Part shown: in pieces, positions 40,711 to 50,495 of the stretch
How positions within the stretch are numbered: position 1 is the first letter of the stretch
Layout: the number at the start of each line of letters is the position of its first letter
NCBI GenBank assembly: GCA_050012755.1
Contig: JBEKGO010000002.1
Span: 96,735-160,734, forward strand
Direction of reading: 5' to 3'
Length of the DNA stretch: 64,000 nucleotides
DNA from: Candidatus Bathyarchaeia archaeon
GTDB taxonomy: Archaea; Thermoproteota; Bathyarchaeia; Bathyarchaeales; Bathycorpusculaceae
The notes under the pieces: model-generated
Databases searched by the model: none
What the model was told of the DNA's origin: nothing
What the model saw: the letters and a program-made list of their open reading frames with translations, nothing else
Translations under genes and position numbers: made by a program

Positions 40711-41400
40711 ATGCCAACAATCGTCGAAGCAATAGACCTCAAGAAAACTTACATGTTAGGAAAGGTTCCAGTTGAAGCACTTAGAGGAGTAAACCTCAAA
40801 GTTGAGGCTGGAGACTTCGTTTCCATCCTCGGGCCATCAGGAAGCGGCAAATCAACAATGCTCAACCTAATCGGCGCCTTAGACAAACCAACATCGGGCA
40901 GAATGCTGATCGACGGTGTTGACATTTCAACACTCAATGACAACCAATTAGCCGATTTGCGCAGACGAATCGGTTTTGTTTTCCAATTTTTTAATTTAAT
41001 TCCAAGATTAACCGCGAAAGACAATGTTGAATTGTCAATGTCAATTGCGGATACAGGTAAAGCAGAAAGATCAAAAAGGGCTATCGAGCTTCTCGAAACC
41101 GTCGGCTTAAAAGATCGAATAAACCATAAGCCCGCTGAATTGAGCGGTGGACAGCAGCAACGAGTCGCAGTTGCAAGAGCGTTGGCAAACAACCCCAAAT
41201 TTTTGCTGCTTGACGAGCCAACGGGAAATATTGATTCTAAAACTGCAAATGAAGTTATAACTTTAATCAAAAAGCTCAACGTTGAACATAAAGTCAGCAT
41301 CATCATGGTTACTCATGACCAACATTTAGCGAGAGAAGCAAATAGAACTCTGCAGATGTTTGATGGCCAAATAATTTCAGAAACGGTGGATCAACAATGA
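40711..41400 (+). CDS. ABC ATP-binding protein (LolD/MacB type)
   Basis: GPSGSGKST, LSGGQQQRVA, DEPTGN. Confidence 0.93.
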   Translation: MPTIVEAIDLKKTYMLGKVPVEALRGVNLKVEAGDFVSILGPSGSGKSTMLNLIGALDKPTSGRMLIDGVDISTLNDNQLADLRRRIGFVFQFFNLIPRLTAKDNVELSMSIADTGKAERSKRAIELLETVGLKDRINHKPAELSGGQQQRVAVARALANNPKFLLLDEPTGNIDSKTANEVITLIKKLNVEHKVSIIMVTHDQHLAREANRTLQMFDGQIISETVDQQ

Positions 41401-42749
41401 AGACAGTAGACATTTTCGGGTACTCTTTCAGCGCAATTAGACTCCGCAAACTACGTGCAGCATTAACAACCCTTGGCGTAATCATTGGTATCGCCGCAAT
41501 AGTAGCTTTGTTATCTATTACTCAGGGGTTGCAGACTACCATAACTGGCTCGCTAAATCGAGGATTGTCAGCCACTACACTTATAGTTCTTCCTGGCAGC
41601 AACGCTCTAGGCGGAATTGGCACTAGTGGCACAAGCACCGGAAGTGGCGTGGGTGGTCTAGGCGGAAGAGGCGGAGGAGGAGCGGGAGGCGGCGTATCTT
41701 TAGGTGGTTCAAGTGCCAGTAGCTCCGGTTTTGCATTGTACGTTAATTACACTAGTCAAATTGACGCCTTATCGCCAGATATCAATTCTTCTACCGCTGT
41801 AATACAAAGAACCGTCTACATAAACACTGGAACAGTAAATAATACTGTAAGCATTTACGGTGTAGATTTTGCCCAGTATGCTCAGCAGTATCCAACAACC
41901 TTCGTCGCAGCATCAGGAACCATTCCGACAAACCCAAGCGATAACCAGATAGTTGTCGGAACACGAGTGACTGACCCTAGAGAAAACGGTACAATCCTCT
42001 TTAGTGCTGGCGACAAAGTTGGAATCATATGGACCAATGCAACAACGCTGGCAATAGTAAACGAAACTTACACAGCAAACGTTGCTGGCGTTCTCCAAAA
42101 AGTTGGAGGCTTTGGCGCTGCTGGACCGTCAGACTCTGGCGTTTACATGCCTCTTAGTAAGGCAGAGAACTTCTTTGGAACCGATCAATGTGACTACATA
42201 ATTGTCCAACTAAAGAACAGCAACAATGCAACTATAACAAGCGTTACCAAAGCTATAACTGACCACTTCAGCGGTCAAGTTACAGTCATTTCTTCGACAG
42301 CTGTTCTAAGTTTGCTTTCAACTATCTTCAGTACAATACAGTTTTTCCTTGGCGGAATAGCTGCAATTTCTCTAATCGTAGCAGGCGTTGGAATCATGAA
42401 CATAATGATAGTCTCATTAATTGAGCGAACACGAGAAATTGGCATCCTTAAAGCCTTAGGCATGAAAAGCAGAACGGTATTAATGATTTTTCTAGGTGAA
42501 TCAGTAATAATCGGTGTTATAGGCGCAATAGCTGGAGTCGCTTTAGGCTGGGTTGTAGCAAATGTTACAACCAGAATTTTAGCTTCAGGATTATTTGGCG
42601 GAAGCGGATTTAACGTGACTCCATTATTGACACCAGAAGTATTTCTGGGTGCTTTAGGTTTCGGCATTGGAGTTAGCGTTATCTTCGCTTTATATCCTGC
42701 TTGGCGCGCATCCAAATTGAAACCCGTCGAAGCTTTAAGATACGAGTAA
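41397..42749 (+). CDS. MacB/FtsX-type ABC permease
   Basis: LTTLGVIIG, IMNIMIVSLIERTREIG, YPAWRASKLKPVEALRYE. Confidence 0.92.
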   Translation: MKTVDIFGYSFSAIRLRKLRAALTTLGVIIGIAAIVALLSITQGLQTTITGSLNRGLSATTLIVLPGSNALGGIGTSGTSTGSGVGGLGGRGGGGAGGGVSLGGSSASSSGFALYVNYTSQIDALSPDINSSTAVIQRTVYINTGTVNNTVSIYGVDFAQYAQQYPTTFVAASGTIPTNPSDNQIVVGTRVTDPRENGTILFSAGDKVGIIWTNATTLAIVNETYTANVAGVLQKVGGFGAAGPSDSGVYMPLSKAENFFGTDQCDYIIVQLKNSNNATITSVTKAITDHFSGQVTVISSTAVLSLLSTIFSTIQFFLGGIAAISLIVAGVGIMNIMIVSLIERTREIGILKALGMKSRTVLMIFLGESVIIGVIGAIAGVALGWVVANVTTRILASGLFGGSGFNVTPLLTPEVFLGALGFGIGVSVIFALYPAWRASKLKPVEALRYE

Positions 42750-42773
42750 CATAGGACCACAAGAGGTTTCCCT

Positions 42774-43217
42774 TTGAAGAGGCTATACCCTGACCAGCCA
42801 GTTGTAGGAGTCGGCGCAGTAATAGTCAAAGAGTGCAAAATTGCTCTCATTAAACGGGGAAACGAACCAAGCAAAGGAAAATGGACGATTCCGGGCGGCT
42901 TAGTTGAGCTTGCTGAAAGCCCAGAGCAAGCAGTTGTCCGAGAAGCCAAGGAAGAAACAGGCTTGGACGTTGATACTCCAACTTTAATTGATGTAGTTAG
43001 CAATGTTGATTTTGATGATAAGGGCAAGGTGAAATATCATTACGTCATAATTGACTATTTTGTGCATGTGAAAAACGGGATAGCTCAGGCTTCAAGCGAT
43101 GCCAAGGAGCTGCGTTGGGTTCCCTTTGAAGAAGCAGAAAAGTATGACTTAACCGCGTCTTTTCGGCTTTTCTTTAGGCATAATAGGAAAAAATTGGAAA
43201 AAACCAATTCTTATTGA
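42774..43217 (+). CDS. Nudix hydrolase
   Basis: Nudix box PGGLVELAESPEQAVVREAKEETG. Confidence 0.92.
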   Translation: MKRLYPDQPVVGVGAVIVKECKIALIKRGNEPSKGKWTIPGGLVELAESPEQAVVREAKEETGLDVDTPTLIDVVSNVDFDDKGKVKYHYVIIDYFVHVKNGIAQASSDAKELRWVPFEEAEKYDLTASFRLFFRHNRKKLEKTNSY

Positions 43218-43292
43218 ACATTTGTCAAAGTCTAAAAGAAAATAACTTCAAGAATCAATGAACATTAGTAAATAATGAATTCTTGTTTGTTT

Positions 43293-43439
43293 CTAATATT
43301 CCCGAGAATATTTAGACAAAGTACCGCACGTATCACATCTAAATAGTGCTACACAGAAAACAGAATTCTCTAATTCCCTATTGGGTTTGGCCAACTCTTT
43401 TCCGCATTTTGGACATTTATGTTTGTAACTGGAAATCAC
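43293..43439 (-). CDS. 48-aa CPxCG zinc-finger microprotein
   Basis: MISSYKHKCPKCGKEL...FRCDTCGTLSKY; below the ORF-track cutoff. Confidence 0.6.
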   Translation of the reverse strand: MISSYKHKCPKCGKELAKPNRELENSVFCVALFRCDTCGTLSKYSREY

Positions 43440-43565
43440 GAGATCAACTTGATTATATCCGCGGCTCAACTATATGAAAACTAGTTGTCACATCGAGCAA
43501 CAACAATATTTTAACGGCTTAACCCTTAAACAATCATTCTTTTTTGAAGCAAAAAAAAATTGTAA

Positions 43566-45026
43566 CTAATTCTTATCTTTAAAAAACAACCTCGTTTCAC
43601 CTAGTGTTTTGATATCTAAGGCTCGGACTCTTGCTACTATGGGGAAGTCGCTTACGACTTTGCCTAAGGTGAGACAGTGGTGGGGTGGGAGGTCCCGTGC
43701 GATTGAACGCACGGTTTCGGCGTCTACACGGGCGGCTCTGCTGACAACATCTAAGTCATGTTCGTTAGTGAAGTTGAATAGGAATATGTTGTCGGCTTGG
43801 CGGTAGATGGTTTCTTGGATGGTATCTGGCTGATTTGTAATAAACGTGGTGAATATGCCATAATGGCGCATACGAGTTACGATGTCGTCCCAATATGTTT
43901 CTCGCAGATACAAGTGGGCTTCTTCAGCGAAGAGAAAGACAGCTTTGAGTTTCCAATTTGAGAGAGAATCAACCAGTTTACCAAGGACATATTCAACTAC
44001 GATCTGACGGTCAATGTTTGATGTGTTCTTTAGGTTTATGACTATGGCGCCGCCGTTGTCTTTGGATCTCAAAATGCTCTCATCCAGCAAGGTTGCTTCG
44101 CCTAGACTATCAGTGAAAAAGCCGGAGTTAGCAAAAGAGTGGAACCTTGATGCCAATGCATCCCGCACATGTTGGTTGCAGTTTAAATCGCGAATCGCTT
44201 CGCCTAGCTGTTGCATGTTGAGTTTTCCCTGCTCTTTGAGCATTTTCCAAAGGCGTCTGAATTCCCGAGCTGAAGTTCCTGGCAGGTGCAGCGCATTTAC
44301 TAGTATCCCCATTACCGTGTTTAGAGGCAGCTGTTCAAGGGCTGCTTTGAAGTTCTGCGATGGGGATAGTGTGTGGATTTTGTCATAATACATGTTTCTT
44401 TTGCCATCGTTTGTCACTCCTAGACTGCTGTATTCGCCGTTTAAGTCGAAGATGACCACGGTTGCTTTGTACCCGACAAGGTTAACCATGAGGAGTTTTG
44501 AGAGGTGCGATTTGCCGCAGCCTTTCTTGCCCGTTATGATGTTTAACGTGCCATCTAGGTCTGTAGCGTCGATGGTTAATAGTGAGGAGTCCTTGGTACC
44601 ACCCAACATAATAGGGAGTTTTCCATCATTTTTTGCCAGTTTCAAAAGCATAGGTATGGATAATTTCTTTATTGTGGATTGGGAACGGCTGGGTAACCAA
44701 CTGCTGCTTGGACTCAGCATTTCATTTTCCAAGGTTGCCCTTATCTTGCAAATCAAAAGGCTCGCATCTTGAATGTAAGTAATATGAGGAGCAATTTCCA
44801 TGGGGTCAATATCTTCGCCCTGCAACGGTTCACCTCCATCCGGCAAAGTACGTAAAAGTTCTTCTAGAACGCCGGGAACAGCGGCAAATTGCACGTCAAT
44901 GACCTGCGCAATTAGAGCCTTCGCTGCATCTTGGTCTTCAACGAGGAGGTAATCGCCTTTTTCTGCACTCTCTGTTGGGAAACTAATGATTTGAAGGATG
45001 TTCCCCTCTTTTTTGTAGAGTTTCAT
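43566..45026 (-). CDS. herA: HerA/FtsK-family ATPase (DUF87)
   Basis: GKKGCGKS, FDLNGEY, FAEEAH, RMRHYG, TNQP. Start MKLYKKEG overlaps the nurA stop (ATGA). Confidence 0.85.
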   Translation of the reverse strand: MKLYKKEGNILQIISFPTESAEKGDYLLVEDQDAAKALIAQVIDVQFAAVPGVLEELLRTLPDGGEPLQGEDIDPMEIAPHITYIQDASLLICKIRATLENEMLSPSSSWLPSRSQSTIKKLSIPMLLKLAKNDGKLPIMLGGTKDSSLLTIDATDLDGTLNIITGKKGCGKSHLSKLLMVNLVGYKATVVIFDLNGEYSSLGVTNDGKRNMYYDKIHTLSPSQNFKAALEQLPLNTVMGILVNALHLPGTSAREFRRLWKMLKEQGKLNMQQLGEAIRDLNCNQHVRDALASRFHSFANSGFFTDSLGEATLLDESILRSKDNGGAIVINLKNTSNIDRQIVVEYVLGKLVDSLSNWKLKAVFLFAEEAHLYLRETYWDDIVTRMRHYGIFTTFITNQPDTIQETIYRQADNIFLFNFTNEHDLDVVSRAARVDAETVRSIARDLPPHHCLTLGKVVSDFPIVARVRALDIKTLGETRLFFKDKN

Positions 45027-46102
45027 GAGTAAATTTCCCCCTTGCCAAATGGCCCGAAAAGTAGCCGATGCATGTCTGGGCGGTTGATTATTTGTATACC
45101 GTGTTTGCTTGTGATGAAGTGTTTCATAGCTAAGACTTCGTTGGCGGTGAATGTACAAAGAATATGGGAGAGTCGCAAGGTTTCGGGGTAGTTTTGCGTA
45201 TATAGATCGTTGCCAAGCAGTTTCTGTACTGCATCCATTCTCTGTTCAGGGGACGTCTCTTTGTCGATATCTAAACGGAAGGCAAAGTTTGCCTTGTTTA
45301 ACCGCGCCACATAAACATCGCCAAGCAAAACGATTGGAGGTTTGGAATGCAAACCTATGGTTTCAAGCAAGTATGGCGGATCACGATTTGGAAGCTGCTC
45401 AGTTATCAAGATGCCGTTAGCCCTCAGCGTAGTTGCTTTTGAAAAAGCCAGTACGGTGCTATTGTTTCTTCTTGCATGACTCAGAATTTCTCTGAGGCGT
45501 TGGACTGGCGTGTCAATGGTTCCTGACGTTAAGGAACCGTCGAAGAGCAATACGCCGCTGTTTTTGGTTTTTGCAAGCATCGTTTGAAGCCACCGCTCGA
45601 GAAGACTAGCAAGCCGAGTCGGCATTTGCATAATGTTGGGCGTTGCTTGATGCATGCTACCATAGGTTGTACTGAAATAGGCATGTTCAAGGGTGTTATA
45701 GAGTTGGTTTTTGTTTTCTTCAGTTATGTGAAATATGAACGGACCTAGTCGTGTGTATTTGTAGGTTTGGTTTTGTTTCCAGGTGGTTGCTCCTCGGACA
45801 GCAATTATCATACCTGTGCTTGTGTCGCCGATTTTTATTGTTGAAGTATCCACTGCGGCAACTAAGGTTTCTTGATGGTTTGGTTTGATAGTGATTGGTT
45901 CCGCTTTGAGCTGCAAGTTGGAGGGATAGTGCTCTGAAATGCTGAATTGTTGGAAGTCTTGGGTGTTCAGTTGTAGTGTTTGGTGTTGTGCTTGATTGAG
46001 GGAGTAGAGGCTTTGCTCCAAAAAGCGCTGGGGGAGGATTGTGTCGGTGGTTGGTTGTGGAAAGTTATATTTGTTAGTAATTGTATATTGTTCAATCACC
46101 AT
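45023..46102 (-). CDS. nurA: NurA-family nuclease
   Basis: AAVDTS, LLFDGSL, AFSK and YPETLRLSH catalytic motifs. Confidence 0.8.
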   Translation of the reverse strand: MVIEQYTITNKYNFPQPTTDTILPQRFLEQSLYSLNQAQHQTLQLNTQDFQQFSISEHYPSNLQLKAEPITIKPNHQETLVAAVDTSTIKIGDTSTGMIIAVRGATTWKQNQTYKYTRLGPFIFHITEENKNQLYNTLEHAYFSTTYGSMHQATPNIMQMPTRLASLLERWLQTMLAKTKNSGVLLFDGSLTSGTIDTPVQRLREILSHARRNNSTVLAFSKATTLRANGILITEQLPNRDPPYLLETIGLHSKPPIVLLGDVYVARLNKANFAFRLDIDKETSPEQRMDAVQKLLGNDLYTQNYPETLRLSHILCTFTANEVLAMKHFITSKHGIQIINRPDMHRLLFGPFGKGEIYS

Positions 46103-46104
46103 GA

Positions 46105-46172
46105 TTCACCAATATTCAATATCTCTATTGGTGAAATATTTAAGTATTGTGCATGTGCATCTTGCACAATAC
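46105..46172. promoter_or_regulatory. Divergent promoter flanked by two perfect 10-bp inverted repeats
   Basis: TTCACCAATA-N11-TATTGGTGAA (46105-46135) and GTATTGTGCA-N9-TGCACAATAC (46144-46172), with a TATA-like ATATTTAA between them. Confidence 0.7.
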
Positions 46173-46192
46173 AATAGACAATAAGTGAGAAC

Positions 46193-46600
46193 TTGACAGA
46201 AAAACAGCAAAATCCTCCAATACGTGTAAAGATGAAAGTCGGCGAAATAGAATTCGAAATCGAAGCCCAGCCAGATCAAATCCAAACTGCCGTAGATAGA
46301 ATCCTTGCCACAGTTACCGAACGGCTAAAAAACACAAATCTAGCCCAAGTCGCCGAACGCCCATCACCACCTCCACGAGCAGAAACATGCAAAGGCGTCA
46401 TCCAAAAACTCTGGGAAGAAAACTGGTTCACCGAGCCAAGAGGCTTAGATGACGTCCACACCGAGCTAGCACGCAAAGGATTCCACTATGACCGAACCGC
46501 AGTAGCCCACGCACTCGTTGACCTCGTCAAAGACAACATATTGACCCGCATTGGCAAACCACGCAGATACCAATACGCACAAAAAAGACCACCAACATAA
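46193..46600 (+). CDS. Winged-helix DNA-binding protein
   Basis: C-terminal pattern WF.EPR.L.DV..EL...G..Y....V..AL..LV....L.R.G..RRYQY; divergent from nurA. Confidence 0.7.
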   Translation: MTEKQQNPPIRVKMKVGEIEFEIEAQPDQIQTAVDRILATVTERLKNTNLAQVAERPSPPPRAETCKGVIQKLWEENWFTEPRGLDDVHTELARKGFHYDRTAVAHALVDLVKDNILTRIGKPRRYQYAQKRPPT

Positions 46601-46658
46601 CGCTCTGCCAAATGAAAACTCTGAAGTTTTAAATACTAATTTGACCCAAACAAGTTCC

Positions 46659-47150
46659 ATGCAAGTCACCGATTTAATTCGCTACAATCATGTTGTTCGG
46701 AGTTTGTATTTTGAGGCTATGACGAAATTGCCTTGGAGTGAAGTTGCTGCAGATAAAGGTCTAAGTTTTGAATCTATCCGTAACGTATTTTTACATTTAA
46801 CCCTTGTTGAGGATAGGTGGATCAGCTATACTATTCCAGGTCGGTTCAAAGATTGGGTCGACCCTGAGTTCACAACATTTGTGGATATGGATTCATTGAA
46901 GAAATACATGCAACATGTGAAAGACAATACCGAAGCGTACCTAAGAGAGCTTTCTGCGGAGAAATTGAGTCAACAAATTGTTATCCCGTGGGGTGACAAG
47001 CCAAACACAAAAATCACCATCGAAACAGGGCTGATTCACATGGTAATGGAAGACATGATTCATTATGGCGAGTTATCAGCGGTTCTTTGGCAAATGGGTT
47101 TAGAAGCGCCTTACATGGGTTTTTGGCGGTACAAACACCAGCATCCATAG
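46659..47150 (+). CDS. DinB/YfiT-family protein
   Basis: YN, SIRNVFLHL, HMVMEDMIHYGE. Confidence 0.8.
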   Translation: MQVTDLIRYNHVVRSLYFEAMTKLPWSEVAADKGLSFESIRNVFLHLTLVEDRWISYTIPGRFKDWVDPEFTTFVDMDSLKKYMQHVKDNTEAYLRELSAEKLSQQIVIPWGDKPNTKITIETGLIHMVMEDMIHYGELSAVLWQMGLEAPYMGFWRYKHQHP

Positions 47151-47218
47151 ATTAACAAGGTTTAAAACATATTTCATCAATTATACTTCGGTGGATTTTC
47201 AAGTTTATTGAATTTACA

Positions 47219-47647
47219 TCAGAGATGTTGCCTTATTTTCTTTGCCATTTCATCAAGCTTGACTCGCTCAACAGGTCTAAGCTCGCTAAAACTAGGCATT
47301 CTCTGACCTTCAAATCTTGGAACTACATGCACATGAAAGTGGAATATGTCCTGGCCTGCTGATTTGCCATTTTGTTGGATAATGCTGATACCATCTGCTT
47401 TGGTTGCTTTTTTAATTGCTGGCGAGATTAGTTTTGAAACTCCATGAATATTACATAGTTCATTTTCTGGAATATTAAAAATGTCAACGAAATGAGGCTT
47501 TGGTACAACAAGCGTATGACCCAGGTTTAACGGTCGTATATCAAGGAAAGCCATTACTGATTCGTCTTCGTATATGATGCTCGACGACGCTTGCTTTTTT
47601 ACTATTTTGCAAAATATGCATGATTCATCAAACGCTATCGCCATCAC
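47219..47647 (-). CDS. HIT-family nucleotide hydrolase
   Basis: CIFCKI, GHTLVVPK, HFHVHVVPR. Confidence 0.93.
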   Translation of the reverse strand: MMAIAFDESCIFCKIVKKQASSSIIYEDESVMAFLDIRPLNLGHTLVVPKPHFVDIFNIPENELCNIHGVSKLISPAIKKATKADGISIIQQNGKSAGQDIFHFHVHVVPRFEGQRMPSFSELRPVERVKLDEMAKKIRQHL

Positions 47648-47854
47648 CTTTGCATTTAATTACTCTAAAGCAAAACTTAGATTTTAAGCATCCTAAACCT
47701 GCATTTCATAAAAAACAAAGGCTGAGCCATCATTTCACTGTTTTTTGCATTGCAGCATTTGTCAGGGTCATAATGCAAAAGAAAAAACCCAGATGCGTTC
47801 GGTTTATATGACTGTCAATTCATATTTCTTTCACTTATATTAGAGGTTAATAAA

Positions 47855-48142
47855 ATGAGCGAACTAGAAAATAAGGTACGCGTAGAAGTAGGCAAAGTAG
47901 AAGACCCAGAAACTGGACAATCATTCACTGAAATGCAAATGATTCAAACCGTTAAAGAAACAGCTCCAGGAGAAGTCACCGTAGAATTTGTACCTACAAG
48001 CCCATTCTGCCCTATAGCATTCAAACTTGCCGCTGACATAAAAGCTGCAGCCAAAACTGTTCCTGGCGTCAAGAAAGCGACTGTTTTCTGCCGTGGACAC
48101 GCGATGGAACAACAAATCAACGAAATGACCAACAAAGAATAA
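47855..48142 (+). CDS. DUF59/MIP18 Fe-S assembly protein
   Basis: DPETG and PTSPFCP motifs. Confidence 0.85.
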   Translation: MSELENKVRVEVGKVEDPETGQSFTEMQMIQTVKETAPGEVTVEFVPTSPFCPIAFKLAADIKAAAKTVPGVKKATVFCRGHAMEQQINEMTNKE

Positions 48143-48278
48143 ACCCGATTTTCTTAAATTTTTTTCAATTTTCAATTTCAAGTTTTATCTCCCATTTGTT
48201 CCAGAAGTTTATTTAACCACATTTAGAGAATACCAACAGAAGACAATCTCAAAAAATACTAGAACATGAGGAAGAACG

Positions 48279-48455
48279 ATGGCAGAAGAAAAAAACAACA
48301 ACAAATGCTACAAATGCCCCCACTGCGCCTGCGTGTTTTTAACCCAAGCGGATCTGCAAAAACATATGAACTGTTTCGGCGCCGACAAAACGGAGCACGC
48401 GTCATATTATCAAAGAATTCACGGCAGAATTGAACACGGGTACGGCGAAGAATAA
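48279..48455 (+). CDS. 58-aa C2H2-like zinc-finger microprotein
   Basis: YKCPHCACVFLTQADLQKHMNC matches Y-x-C-x2-C-x3-F-x5-L-x2-H; GAGGA SD upstream. Confidence 0.7.
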   Translation: MAEEKNNNKCYKCPHCACVFLTQADLQKHMNCFGADKTEHASYYQRIHGRIEHGYGEE

Positions 48456-48549
48456 GCCCACTTTATCCGCCCTCTTTTACTCGAAGAAATGTCTAACCGA
48501 AAGCTCTAAATGCGCTTGTTAAGGTATTTTTTTACTGCATTGTCAGGGT

Positions 48550-48624
48550 GGGCCGGTAGATCAGCTCGGTATGATCGCCGCGTTCGCAACGCGGAAGCCG
48601 CGGGTTCAAATCCCGCTCGGTCCA
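48550..48624 (+). tRNA. tRNA-Ala(CGC)
   Basis: Acceptor stem GGGCCGG/TCGGTCC with G3.U70; anticodon arm CCGCG-TTCGCAA-CGCGG; GGTTCAAATCC T-arm. No intron; CCA not encoded. Confidence 0.97.
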
Positions 48625-48721
48625 CTCCCAACAAGGTTTAAATCCTATTGAGTCCGCTATCGGTAACAAACCCTCAATTTCTGGTGCGTCTTAAGTATCG
48701 GAATCCATTCTGTTTTTTCTC

Positions 48722-49486
48722 CTAGCTGACAACTTTTCTGAATTGGTACAGGGTTGCTGACAAGGCCACAACGGCAAGTAATCCGATGACGAGATACGCA
48801 GAGGCAAACGTACCCCAAGCCAGCCCACCTTGAACTAGGTCCCTAATGACGTTAGAAGCATAGCTCAAAGGGTTGTAGTCAGAAACAGTCTGCGCCCAAA
48901 GCGGCATGATGGCTATCGGGAAAAGAGCACTGCTCACAAAAAGAAGGGGAAAAGCCAAAAGATTGCCCACCGCTGATACAGTTTCTGCCTTTCTTGTTTT
49001 CAAGCCCAAGGCAAGCAAAAGCCCTGACCAGGCGAGCCCAAAGAACGCGAGAGTCACGAAAATGAGTAACAGTCCTGTTAGTCCAGTTGCGATGTTTAGA
49101 CCTATCAGCATTGCCACCCCAACTATTATGGCTGACTGGATCATAAACACAAGAAGGTCGGTCATCAAACGGCCGAGCAAAATTGCTGCTCGGCTAACAG
49201 GGGTTAAAAGCAGCTTCTGAAGAAAACCGGAATTGAAATCGTTCACAATAGACATGCCCGATTGAAATGCACCCGTAACAGCATTCAGCACAAGGATTCC
49301 AGGGGTAAGATAAGCAAGGTAACTTCCAGAGAACCCTGGCAAGCTAGTAAGTTTTTGCAGTAACTGCGAAAAAAGAAGCAGAAACAGCAACGGTGTGAAA
49401 AGATTTACAAACAACAAGGTGGGATTCCTAATTATTTTTGTCAAAGCTCTGGTAAACAATGACTGCGTGTCGTAAAATAGTGCCAT
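48722..49486 (-). CDS. ABC-2 exporter permease (DrrB-like)
   Basis: YLTPGIL, LLLTPVSR, NPLSYASNVIR. Confidence 0.9.
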   Translation of the reverse strand: MALFYDTQSLFTRALTKIIRNPTLLFVNLFTPLLFLLLFSQLLQKLTSLPGFSGSYLAYLTPGILVLNAVTGAFQSGMSIVNDFNSGFLQKLLLTPVSRAAILLGRLMTDLLVFMIQSAIIVGVAMLIGLNIATGLTGLLLIFVTLAFFGLAWSGLLLALGLKTRKAETVSAVGNLLAFPLLFVSSALFPIAIMPLWAQTVSDYNPLSYASNVIRDLVQGGLAWGTFASAYLVIGLLAVVALSATLYQFRKVVS

Positions 49487-49498
49487 CTTTAACTCACC

Positions 49499-50494
49499 TC
49501 ACATCAAAAATGCTTCAGTTGTCTTTCTACCGAGTTCTTCCGATCTTATCCTTCTTCCCGTATGGTGCAGGAAAACATCGTCCAGTGTTGGAGAGGACAT
49601 GCTCAAAGACATTGGTCGAATATTGTTGTGGTCCAACGCTGCAACCATGTCGGCAATTATTTCGTTGGCATTCTTCGCATGAGCGACAACGCCTTCGTCA
49701 GAATCAGTAACATCTGCTACTCCTTGAACTTCCTGCAAAACCTTTTTCGTTTCGGATCTCAACAGGGCGTCTTTTGGGTTTTTTAGCGAGAGGGTTATGG
49801 TGTCATGTCCGATTGCTTGTTTGAGTTCTGTTGGTGAACCGTTAGCGACGATTTTTCCATGATCGATTATTGAGAGCTGCCGACAGAGCTTGTCTGCCTC
49901 TTCCAAATACTGTGTAGTTAGGAAAATTGTGATGCCTTCTTCCCTGTTTAGTTTATCTAAATAGTCCCATATTGACGCCCTGGACTGGGGGTCAAGTCCG
50001 GTTGTGGGTTCGTCAAGGAAAAGTAGTTTGGGCTTATGAATCAGTGCTGAAGCGAGGTCAAGTCTTTTCTTCATGCCTCCGGAGTATCTTCCAGCGGGTT
50101 TGTTTGCGAATTCCTCAAGTTGCACCATCTTCAACAGCTCATCCACGCGTTTCTCAAGGGCGTTTCCGTGCATCTGTTCCAGACGACCTTGGAGACGAAG
50201 ATTTTCTTTGCCCGTTAGATCCACGTCGACAACTGTTTCTTGGCTCAAAACTCCGATGACTTTTCGAATTTCCTTTTGCGATTTATCTAAATCGTAACCG
50301 GCTACCAAGACGCGTCCTAAAGTCTTTCTAAGGAGCGTAGTAAGGACTTTGATTGTGGTGCTCTTTCCAGCGCCGTTTGGTCCAAGAAATCCGAAGAACT
50401 CGCCTTCTTTCACGTCGAAAGAAATGTCGTCGATGGCCTTTGTCCCGTCGGCGTACACTTGAGTGAGGTTTTTTACCGTTATGATGCCCTGCAT
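49499..50494 (-). CDS. ABC-2 exporter ATP-binding subunit (DrrA-like)
   Basis: GPNGAGKST, YSGGMKKRL, DEPTTGLD, PTLDDVF. Confidence 0.93.
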   Translation of the reverse strand: MQGIITVKNLTQVYADGTKAIDDISFDVKEGEFFGFLGPNGAGKSTTIKVLTTLLRKTLGRVLVAGYDLDKSQKEIRKVIGVLSQETVVDVDLTGKENLRLQGRLEQMHGNALEKRVDELLKMVQLEEFANKPAGRYSGGMKKRLDLASALIHKPKLLFLDEPTTGLDPQSRASIWDYLDKLNREEGITIFLTTQYLEEADKLCRQLSIIDHGKIVANGSPTELKQAIGHDTITLSLKNPKDALLRSETKKVLQEVQGVADVTDSDEGVVAHAKNANEIIADMVAALDHNNIRPMSLSMSSPTLDDVFLHHTGRRIRSEELGRKTTEAFLM

Positions 50495-50495
50495 G

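Noticed and set aside
41600-41730. Gly-rich insertion in the MacB-type permease
   Set aside because: Low-complexity external loop of a kind common in this family; no independent signal.
42275-43027. 250-aa minus-strand ORF and similar overlapping track ORFs
   Set aside because: Antisense or alternative-frame shadows of well-supported genes, with no motifs.
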